The notes below the pieces were generated by a model that had not been told where the DNA came from, did no database searches, and was given only the letters and a program-made list of their open reading frames with translations. The position numbers and the translations under genes are program-made. Source: Tetramitus jugosus (taxonomy: Eukaryota; Protista; Heterolobosea). Taken from it: a stretch of DNA of 64,000 nt. The stretch is from the NCBI GenBank assembly GCA_937625935.1, contig OW569364.1, forward strand, positions 310,001 to 374,000, written 5' to 3'. Positions 1 to 8,316 of the stretch are shown piece by piece. The stretch's first letter is position 1. The number at the start of each line of letters is the position of its first letter.

Positions 1-1207
1 AGATTTAAAGATTGACGAAATTAGTGCATGTCACAAGTATTTGTTGTCAGATTTGCTTGTCAAATACAATGGTTTTAATATGAGTACAAGTGATCTTGGA
101 ACAGTTGGGGTGTTTGCTTTGAAACTCGCGCATGCATACACACTTTTTGACAATAGATTGTTGAAAGGAAAGATGTACAAGTCAGCATATGCAACAACAA
201 GTACAAAAGCAAAAACTATGGTCCATTCATGTAAGAGTATAGAGGATTACGAGATAACGATCTCAAAATCTGAAGACGCTCATGGTGTTCTGTTCAATTT
301 GGCCTCTATAATATATTTAGAGCTTGGTATGGATTCATTGCTTGAATTTGGTAGAGTAGTTCGTCCAAAAGGCATACCGTCCTATCCCAAAGAAAAAGGA
401 TACTTGCACATGCTTATGGAAAGTATACCAGAAGATCCCTCCGTGACAAGCAAGATCGATTTGATAGAATCAGCCATTGGATATTCTTTTCAGAATCGCA
501 TCCTCGCACACAACATTGTAAGTCACACTTTCGAATTTATATTCACTTTCAACAAGTTACTTAACCTCTTTATGTAGTTTTGCAATCCAAAAATGGAAAA
601 TCGTGTCGAGTTTTTAGGAAAGGTTGTTTGTGAATTTGTAGCTGGTTTACAGGGCTTCCAATCTCATTCACTAGACTTGAACGAATACATCAAGCAATGT
701 ACCAGTTCAGACAACTATCAAGCTGCTGATGTCAAAATTCCAGCAAACACGTCCACTTCTGGGCTATTTTGCAAAGTTGTGGGAGCTGTCATTCTGGATT
801 CTCCCTCGAATGTTGGTACTGTGTCAGCATTTGTCAACAAATTTCTCCTCACAAAAAGCTTACCGGAATCAATTGCTACCTCTAACGTACTCGAGCTCGT
901 GAGCAAGAACAAGAAGAAACTCGGAGTTGACATAAGAATGAACCAGACAGAGATCAACAAGTTGGTTGATCGTCTCAACCATTTGAAAGAAGAACAGGAG
1001 AAAATGAAAGCTACAGAGCAACTTTATGTGGGACTAACTGACAAGATACTCCAGAAATATCCCATACTCTGTCCCTCATCACTCTACAATAACCTTCAAC
1101 TGAATAGCCACGATACGTTATTCAAAGAGCTTGGTGATGACGTTATTGCAGCTCAAAAACCTGTGGAAAACTCACCCAACCAGAGTGACTGTGAAGGACT
1201 TCGATAA
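1..1207 (+). CDS. 3' part of a Dicer/Drosha-like protein with two degenerate RNase III domains and a C-terminal coiled coil (5' end outside window; intron 518-577)
   Basis: The frame is open from base 2. Intron GTAAGT(518)...TATGTAG(577) joins ORFs 41-577 and 593-1207 in phase 0. Motifs DLGTVGVFALKL/HGVLFNLASIIYLELG and IESAIGYSFQN...ENRVEFLGKVV/SGLFCKVVGAVILDS align by eye to RNase III signatures. Confidence 0.65.
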
Positions 1208-1248
1208 CAATGAGATGTGGCAACAAATGTTGTATTCATATGTCGAGT

Positions 1249-2520
1249 TCAACTCAAAGCATTTTCAAAGAAGCTTTTGAGTTTCTCTTTCTCCAGACCG
1301 AATAAAAAATAGTGTCGCTCTCGATGCACAAAGTGATTCTTAGCGTGCTCTCTAAAGGAAGTTGGATCGATCTTGACAGCTAGTGAGTAATCTTCTATTG
1401 CTGCATCGTACCTTCTACGTCTCAAATACGCATCTCCTCTGAGGAGGTACAGCAAAGCGTTTCCAACATCCGTTTTGAGTGCTACTGAATAATCGTCAAT
1501 AGATTGATAAAAATCCTCCATCAAGTAGTATGTATAACCTCTGTTCTGATAAGCACTAGAATAGCTTGGATCAATCTCAATTGCCTTGGAATAGTTTGTG
1601 ACAGCTTCAGAAAAGAGACTTAAGTTGCGGTATGTGTTGCCTCGATTCAGATGAGCACTTGCATCTTTTGGATTCAAGTCTATCACGTTGGAGAAATCTA
1701 CTAGTGCTTCAGAATTCTGGAGCAATTGACGGAACGCATATCCTCGATAGTAGTGGGCTTGCATGGAGTTGTGATTGAGTAACAAAGCTTTAGAACAGTC
1801 AGAAATGACTTCCGAGTACTTTCCCAAATTGCATAGAGCGTAACTTCTGGAGATGTAGGTACTTTCGGACAGAGGATCATGTTTTAGAGACCTTGAGAAA
1901 TTGTAATCTGCCTCTTCATATTCTCCTAACGCATTCAACGCAACTCCCTTGTTGTGGTATGAGTATGATACATCTGGATACAACTCAATTGCTTGTGAGA
2001 AGTCATCAATTGCTTCGATATACTGCCTTGAAGCTAGAAGTATACTCCCTCTAAAGAAATAAGCCGAAGCAAAAGTGGGATCTAGTTCTATCGCTTTTGA
2101 TAGATCGGAAACTGCATCAGGATACAACTGCGCCTGAAACCATACATTCGCTCTCTGGTAGTATGCCATGTAATCCTCGGGATTTTGTTCAATCTGTTTG
2201 GAAAATAGCCCATAACATTGGGACCATTTGCCACTCAACTGGTGTTCTCGGGCCAGATCTTGAGAATCAACCTGAATGATCTTGGAGAAGTACAAAATTC
2301 CATCCATGTATTGAAATGATCTTTGATACACTGAATCATTCCTCAAGAACTCACTGACATCCTTCACGGGAATATCCAATCTCTTGTAGATGGCATCTGT
2401 CGGCGCTAGCCATTTACGGTCAGAGAAATAGAAATTGTAACTCGAGTAAGGAGGAAGGGCAACCCTTGAATCAAAAAAGTTACGACGAATGAATTGCTTG
2501 GAGCCTCTCTTCAGTAACAT
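1249..2520 (-). CDS. Tetratricopeptide-repeat protein (about 8 TPRs), possible mitochondrial presequence
   Basis: Repeated AY..RG....L..Y..A..D.S.AI...P units. The likely ATG is at 2520 because the ORF extension to 2691 overlaps the tRNA. Confidence 0.85.
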   Translation of the reverse strand: MLLKRGSKQFIRRNFFDSRVALPPYSSYNFYFSDRKWLAPTDAIYKRLDIPVKDVSEFLRNDSVYQRSFQYMDGILYFSKIIQVDSQDLAREHQLSGKWSQCYGLFSKQIEQNPEDYMAYYQRANVWFQAQLYPDAVSDLSKAIELDPTFASAYFFRGSILLASRQYIEAIDDFSQAIELYPDVSYSYHNKGVALNALGEYEEADYNFSRSLKHDPLSESTYISRSYALCNLGKYSEVISDCSKALLLNHNSMQAHYYRGYAFRQLLQNSEALVDFSNVIDLNPKDASAHLNRGNTYRNLSLFSEAVTNYSKAIEIDPSYSSAYQNRGYTYYLMEDFYQSIDDYSVALKTDVGNALLYLLRGDAYLRRRRYDAAIEDYSLAVKIDPTSFREHAKNHFVHRERHYFLFGLEKEKLKSFFENALS

Positions 2521-2614
2521 GTCGATGGTTTCTTTGGTAAACTTTTTCCATGTTCTGAGAAATGTGAACAAGTGGAAAAAGAGAGACGTCAACAAGAAAG
2601 GGATCAAAAGGGCT

Positions 2615-2697
2615 CGCACTCTGTAGGATTTGAACCTACGCACGGTTTCCCGTACCTGATTTCTAGTCAGGCTCCTTGACCGCTCGGACAAGAGTGC
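2615..2697 (-). tRNA. tRNA-Ser (anticodon AGA)
   Basis: Minus strand reads GCACTCT TG TCCGAGCGGTCAAGGA G CCTGA CTAGAAA TCAGG TACGGGAAACCGTGC GTAGG TTCAAAT CCTAC AGAGTGC G: full cloverleaf, long variable arm, G discriminator, TTTT terminator at 2606-2609. Confidence 0.97.
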
Positions 2698-2931
2698 TCA
2701 TATGTTATACATATATTTGCAAATATGGCGCCTGTTTTGCCCGAATGAAACGAGAGAATGGAGCGCAGCGGGCCTTTTTCAAAGGTTTCGATGCGTCTCG
2801 ACAGCAACAAGGGAGTGCTTATGTTTTTCGCTGTTTTTCAAGCTCGTTTCCTCCACTGTCATTTTATTTTCTCCGCCACAAACAAACATTTTTTTCTTCA
2901 TCAACACCGCCTCAAACGCCAATATAACAAA

Positions 2932-3426
2932 ATGTACAAAGCACCTGCACAAGCGATCGCAACACAAGCAGTCAAGAGACGTGGAGTTCCATTGAGCGCA
3001 GTCGTCAAGAGTCTGAGCCAATCCTCCTCCTTCTCCACCAATGCACCTAAACAAGGTGGTCATCACGTTGATTTCCACCGCACACCAACCAGTCAACTAA
3101 AGACAAAGGAACAAGTGTACGAAGAAGAACAGAGAGAATTCAATGCAAAGATGCCAAAGACCCCTGCATTTGAGATTTGGTTGTCCAAAATCCTTGGTGC
3201 TTCACTCGTGTTTTGGTTGGCTTATTGGACCAAGGAGAGTGGAGCCATTTTGGTGGGTTTGGAGAGACCTCATTGGGAACATCCATTTGGTGATTCTGAT
3301 TCGGAGGAGGATGATGATGATTGGAGTGATACGGACAGTGATGATGATTTGGAGTTGAGATTGGAGTACTATACCAATGATGCTGATTTGAAGCAGTCTC
3401 CAATCAATAGGAGAACTCAACTCTAG
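2932..3426 (+). CDS. NDUFB2: Complex I accessory subunit NDUFB2/AGGG-like with acidic C-terminal extension
   Basis: Arg/Ser-rich presequence, then GGHH, one TM (ILGASLVFWLAYW) and KESGAILVGLERPHWEH, resembling the plant/fungal AGGG motif. Confidence 0.7.
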   Translation: MYKAPAQAIATQAVKRRGVPLSAVVKSLSQSSSFSTNAPKQGGHHVDFHRTPTSQLKTKEQVYEEEQREFNAKMPKTPAFEIWLSKILGASLVFWLAYWTKESGAILVGLERPHWEHPFGDSDSEEDDDDWSDTDSDDDLELRLEYYTNDADLKQSPINRRTQL

Positions 3427-3554
3427 ATGTGTGTATCTCTATGGTGATGATGAAGATGCATCCTAAAAAAGATGGCTTAGAGTACGTTCGTTGATGATTG
3501 AACTTTGCTCTGAGCTTTTTTGGTGGTGAAAAATGAACAACAACTGACAACAAT

Positions 3555-3701
3555 AAAAACAAGGTCAACGGCTGTGTTGACCTATTGCATATGATTCGCC
3601 CGTTTCAACAATAATATTGGGCCGTGTCTTTGTTGCCTCAAATGATCCTAAATAATGATGACATCCATGCAAGGGATTTTTTGAGTCAATTTTGTTGTTT
3701 C
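3555..3701 (-). ncRNA. Candidate structured ncRNA (multibranch fold plus 3' hairpin and T5)
   Basis: Closing helix UUGCAUGGAU/AUC(A)UAUGCAA, inner GCCC..GGGC hairpin, perfect AGGUCAAC/GUUGACCU hairpin followed by TTTTT. Confidence 0.35.
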
Positions 3702-3846
3702 TCCACCCACATTCATTCATTGTGGAATCTCATTTTTATGTAAATCAATTCTCTGCGACCAATCTATTCTTTAATGCAAAGATAGTTCCCTGGTCTCTCG
3801 AATACATTACAACAGTGATCAGTTTCATGGCAGGCAGAAATAAACA

Positions 3847-3978
3847 TGTAGAGGGTCATAATAAGCGACGTGTTCCACAAGGAAGTTACACCTGCCCATC
3901 TCAGTCTACTGAGGTGGGGAGTTCCTCGTACGGACGCGAAGTCAGTCAACCCTGTAACACTCAATTTTTTGTTGTTTC
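3847..3978. ncRNA. Candidate ~113-nt rod-like hairpin RNA
   Basis: Nested helices AGGGUU/GACCCU, UCC..ACGAGGAA/UUCCUUGUGGA and CCCACCUCAG/CUGAGAUGGG (minus-strand reading). Confidence 0.35.
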
Positions 3979-4212
3979 AGGTTCTTCATTCACGACTGCC
4001 ACAGTGGTTGCTCACTATGATTTGAAGAGCTGTCATCTATGGAAAGAAGGAGGTCACGGCGAAAAGAAGAAGAACAACAAATGAGGTTAATGGTCATGTA
4101 CGCAACTGGATCATTCCAATAAAACAGAAGAATGTTTCACAGATTGGAAAGTGAGCTATTGAATTTTGGGATCTATGTTCTCAAAAAAATAAGCCACACA
4201 ATTTACAAAGAA

Positions 4213-5388
4213 ATGAAGACCACACAAATAATCATCTTGTTCGTTGCTATTCTTGCGTGCTTGGCTTGCTCCATTTGTGGCTTCCAAGTCCAAACCCTTT
4301 GGCAAGGTGAGGATGTTCTTGCCTTGAATGAGGGACCAGTCAGCCATCTTGATACCAAGGCCAATCTGTACTACATTGTAACTGATTTTCAAGTGACTGC
4401 CTTTGATGCCAACTCTGGAGCTATCAGAAAACAGTTCAAGATTCCTGATCAAAATTGTCACACCAGATCTGTAACATTCACTTCTAGCAAGTCCATGTGG
4501 TACAGTCACGTGTACAATGTGTTGCCCACTTTTGAAATGCATCAGGTGGATCTGGAAACTGGAAAGGTAACTGATTATTCTGTGAAGCAATATGCGAGCC
4601 AAGGTTATATCACTAAGGCTTTGGACAATGGCAATATTTTGATTGCTGTGGTGAGTACTCAGGAAGATCAAGCTCATCATAACGTCGTTGCAGCCTTCCA
4701 AGTGGGATCAAAGTTTAGCCATTCGTGGAGCTACATGGGTGACGTCAGGGCCAATTTGATCACTCTCGCATTCGATGAGGAACAAGTCGTCGTAATAGCT
4801 GTTGGTTCCAACTATATCACCAAGATTGATGCTCGTACCGGAAAGGTCTTGTACACTAGTTACACCATACCATCTTACATCAATGTTATGCCAGTTTCGG
4901 GACAGCTATCACCAGACAAGAGAGTCTTGTATCTTACAGGTAGCAATCAGCTAAGAGGAGAAAGTGGTGCTGGACTGATGGCCATTGACGCTACAAATGG
5001 ACAGTATTTGCGATGGTACGGTATACCGGGTGAATATGCATTTCAAATGAAGAGAAGTGTCGACGGTAGCCATTTGTATTTGAGCTCTGAGGCAGGAACT
5101 GCCATGTTTTGTATGAAGAGCAGTCAGATTGCTTGGTCGAGAGTGTATGAAACACCAAATGACAGATTTACCATCAGTGCTATTGGATCGCAAGAACATC
5201 CTGTGATCGCCTATTCTTCCAGTGGGAAGAATGTAACCCAGTTTGTTGATCCAGAAGACAAGGGCAAGATTATTGGAACATTCCTGCAATATCTTGGAGA
5301 GAATTTGACCAGTAATGGAACAGATGCGTTTTTCACCTATCTATCTCCAAAAAATTCAGTCAGAGTATCCAAGCGCCAATTGGTGTGA
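4213..5388 (+). CDS. Secreted beta-propeller (PQQ/YncE-like) protein
   Basis: Signal peptide MKTTQIIILFVAILACLACSICG; repeated AFDANSG/VDLETGK/IDARTGK/IDATNGQ blade motifs. Confidence 0.7.
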   Translation: MKTTQIIILFVAILACLACSICGFQVQTLWQGEDVLALNEGPVSHLDTKANLYYIVTDFQVTAFDANSGAIRKQFKIPDQNCHTRSVTFTSSKSMWYSHVYNVLPTFEMHQVDLETGKVTDYSVKQYASQGYITKALDNGNILIAVVSTQEDQAHHNVVAAFQVGSKFSHSWSYMGDVRANLITLAFDEEQVVVIAVGSNYITKIDARTGKVLYTSYTIPSYINVMPVSGQLSPDKRVLYLTGSNQLRGESGAGLMAIDATNGQYLRWYGIPGEYAFQMKRSVDGSHLYLSSEAGTAMFCMKSSQIAWSRVYETPNDRFTISAIGSQEHPVIAYSSSGKNVTQFVDPEDKGKIIGTFLQYLGENLTSNGTDAFFTYLSPKNSVRVSKRQLV

Positions 5389-5457
5389 GACAAATGTGCT
5401 GTCATACTCTGCATGGTGAAATAAATGTTCCATTCTTAAAAATTGGTCTCCTCCATC

Positions 5458-5646
5458 ATGAATGGAGAAGAAGTGAAATTGATGGTTGAGAAACATTTAA
5501 ATTCTGGTACCTTTGGTACTATCAAATTTTGTGCAATTGGCCATGAACTTGAGACATATTGAGCCAGAAAAAAGACCTGTGCTGATTGCCCCTCTAACAT
5601 AGGAGTTGTTCTGCAATCCTCAATTTCTTGCGCAACAGCGACGTAA
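5458..5646 (+). pseudogene. Degenerate protein-kinase N-lobe fragment
   Basis: Translates VEKHLNSGTFGTIKFC...Y*ARK, resembling the Gly-rich loop and AxK motif, with an in-frame TGA at 5560-5562. Confidence 0.3.
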
Positions 5647-5721
5647 TAATGCCAACTAATGACCTCAGAGGCAAGCAACTGATGTGCAGCGCGAAACAAA
5701 GTAAAGTTTTCTTGAATGGGT

Positions 5722-5834
5722 TCTGTTTATTCGTCTCACCAATCATGGGATGCGACTCTGTCGCACTCATTAGCCGTCAAGGCACAGCACCGTATTCCTC
5801 AATAAAAGACTTTTATATCTGTTTATTCGTCTCA
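5722..5834. repeat. 17-bp perfect direct repeat TCTGTTTATTCGTCTCA (5722-5738 and 5818-5834)
   Basis: Identical 17-mers 96 nt apart, read directly. Confidence 0.9.
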
Positions 5835-6300
5835 AACTCTTGCTCGTCCTTGGTTAAAGGACACTTTTCCGTTGTGCCACCAAAACACTTAAACAAAATG
5901 AGTTAGTCAATGAGATAAAAAACAAAAACACATACCTAATTATTATCCATTCATCATGCTGAAGTGGTCATGCTTGTTTCAAATCTCTTGTATGAGGCAT
6001 TCATCGATAGGGAAAAGAGGTCAGCACACAAGAACAAACAAGTGTTCTCATGTGCAGACCCCTCCTCTCTACAGAAGAGTGCTGCTATTCCGCATAAAGA
6101 ACTGTAGAGGATCATTGAGGTTGTTGTGGCCCTTGACTTCTGAAAGCATTTCCGAGGGGAAATATAATCCTGTACACACATGGATGCCACATGTGTAGAG
6201 AGATACCCTCGTTGTGGCGAGGTGGAAATACTTGGAACAAACTAATCATGGTGAATAGTTGCCAGAAACAAGGAGGCACGGGGAACCAAGGATTGCCGGC

Positions 6301-7548
6301 TTAGACAATGACTCGGTTGGGTTGGCTGCTAGCCATGTGAGGGGCATAGGAGTAAGGATATGGAGAAGGTACATAGTTGTACATGAATGGGAGGTGTTGT
6401 TGAGGATATGGATACATTCCATGCATGTATGGAGCATGGTATGCAGGTGGAGAGGAGGATAAAACAGGTTGGGAGATTGGGAATGGAAGACCAGGGTGAG
6501 CAGAGGTGATTGGAGCTGCGACTACAGCAGGTGCAGGCGCTTCTCTTCTCATAATACTCACCGGAGCAGACTCAGCCTTGTTTTCAAAGGTGAGCTTGCG
6601 ACCATTGTTGGAGACAGTCGTGGATGACGGTTGTTGTTGTTGTGGAGATTGAGAAGGAGACCTTCTTCCTCTTCTTCCTCGCTTCTTGTCCATCTCGGTG
6701 GATGGAGAGAGTTCAGAAGACTTTGGAGAGAGCTTCCTCTTGGAAGAGTGGTTCTTGTTGTTGTTGGATTCAGGGTTCTTGGCCAACCACTTCTTCAATC
6801 TTGGCATAAATGAACTGATAATCCAATACTTGCTTGCGCACTTTTTTGGATTGGATGGTGAACGAGCATTGACAATTTCATCAATGCTGTGCCATTCAAT
6901 CGCACTGACTTCCTTTCTTGTTTCTGGGTGGAACTTTGTGTTCTCAGGTACACCAGAAACAATAAACAAAGTCACTACTTGTTCATTAAAGTGCATCTTC
7001 AAGTAATTCTTGGAGTTCAAGTATGGAGAGATGTCAAAACCAATCTCTTCCTTGACTTCACGAGCAGCACACACCATTTCGGACTCGTCTTGATTGACTT
7101 TGCCTCTTGGGAAACTCCACGTCTTGGAGTTCCATCCCTTGACCAACAAGACCTTGTCTCTGGTTTGGTTCAATATGATTGCACCAAAAACAGGAACAGT
7201 ATTCTTGTAGTCATAAAAGGATTGGGTGTGCTTGTCAATGGTTTCTCTGTATGGCTGCAGGGCAGGACATTGCTTGAAAATCTCATCAACAAATTGCTTA
7301 AAGTTTAAGGAGGGGAGGGTCTTGTTTTGTTCTCGGTAGAAATCCTCATAGAACCAGTGAGCTTCCTCAATTTGGAAAAACAGTCGGTCAAATGACTCAA
7401 ACACTTCATCTGGGCAGTTCATGATGAATCGAATAATCAAATCATCAATCACCGATACCAGTGTTTGTGTTTTTGGGGAGTCATTTTGTTTCCTTCTTCC
7501 TTGAATGTTGTTCATTGGTTGTTCCTTTTGATTTTCGGAATTATTCAT
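6301..7548 (-). CDS. DCP2: mRNA decapping enzyme DCP2
   Basis: Box A (DDLIIRFIMNCP...FFQIEEAHWFYEDF), Nudix box (FPRGKVNQDESEMVCAAREVKEEIG), Box B (PETRKEV), disordered C-terminus. Confidence 0.95.
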   Translation of the reverse strand: MNNSENQKEQPMNNIQGRRKQNDSPKTQTLVSVIDDLIIRFIMNCPDEVFESFDRLFFQIEEAHWFYEDFYREQNKTLPSLNFKQFVDEIFKQCPALQPYRETIDKHTQSFYDYKNTVPVFGAIILNQTRDKVLLVKGWNSKTWSFPRGKVNQDESEMVCAAREVKEEIGFDISPYLNSKNYLKMHFNEQVVTLFIVSGVPENTKFHPETRKEVSAIEWHSIDEIVNARSPSNPKKCASKYWIISSFMPRLKKWLAKNPESNNNKNHSSKRKLSPKSSELSPSTEMDKKRGRRGRRSPSQSPQQQQPSSTTVSNNGRKLTFENKAESAPVSIMRREAPAPAVVAAPITSAHPGLPFPISQPVLSSSPPAYHAPYMHGMYPYPQQHLPFMYNYVPSPYPYSYAPHMASSQPNRVIV

Positions 7549-8316
7549 GATGTTAATACTTAGAATAGTGGGAGTGTGTGGGAATATAGATATATACAAA
7601 GAGTTTTGTATGGGAATTCTATAGAGTATATAGAGAGGGAGTTTGGAGTAAAGTTGAGTTGTTGTTGTTTGCGTGTAGATAACAAAGTTTATCTCTGCGG
7701 AGCGACTGTTTCACCGAACTGAAAAGAATTGGGTAAGTGTGGTGACGTTCTTCAACTTTAAAATGTGTTTTTGTTGTTTCTGCTTTTTCCGAGTGGTTGG
7801 CTTGGTGGAAGGACAACTTTTGACCACACACGACAGGGACCCAGCCAATAAAAATACTTATTGTAAAGTGCTTACTTCAACTCCAAAAAAAACAATCAAA
7901 TTTTCCTTTCAACTCTAAATGGCGCACGGAGATTCACAATTGAACCTTTGGATTTCCGTAGGAACTCGTTCATTGTCCGAAGTCTCGTTATGTTCGCAAT
8001 GCGTTTTGGAGCTACAGTGTTGATGTTTTCACTTGTTGGATGGTCAATCCCCATCTTTCACCAACTGGAGGCTAAAATTCAACTCCTGTCACCACATCGT
8101 TTGGAAGAACCAACCCTCTTCTTTGGCGCCTATTTTCGATTTTACTCCGATCGGCGGGAATGAATTCCATGCACACTTCAATAAAAAACTGCAAGCAAAC
8201 ATTTTCACACAGGCTGGAATGAAAAAATCATTTTATGCTTTGCGAATAAAACAACTAATTTTCATCGTTCTTTGTTGCTGCTGCTTGTTCCTCTTCTCTC
8301 TTGACTCAACATCAAA

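Noticed and set aside
2521-2691. N-terminal 57 aa of the 480-aa TPR ORF
   Set aside because: It starts at TTG inside the tRNA-Ser gene; the ATG at 2520 is the plausible start.
3630-3680. U3 box A-like AGGATCATT or U4-like 5' end on the minus strand
   Set aside because: Boxes A', B, C and D and canonical U6 complementarity were not found.
3918-3947. HDV-like ribozyme motifs TCCTCGT and GCGAA
   Set aside because: There is no room for the P1 3' strand, P1.1 and P4 between them.
3692-4084. 130-aa ORF
   Set aside because: TTG start, no recognisable motifs, and it overlaps the structured element.
5722-5834. CRISPR-like repeat-spacer
   Set aside because: Only two 17-nt copies with a 79-nt spacer, in a eukaryotic context with no cas genes.
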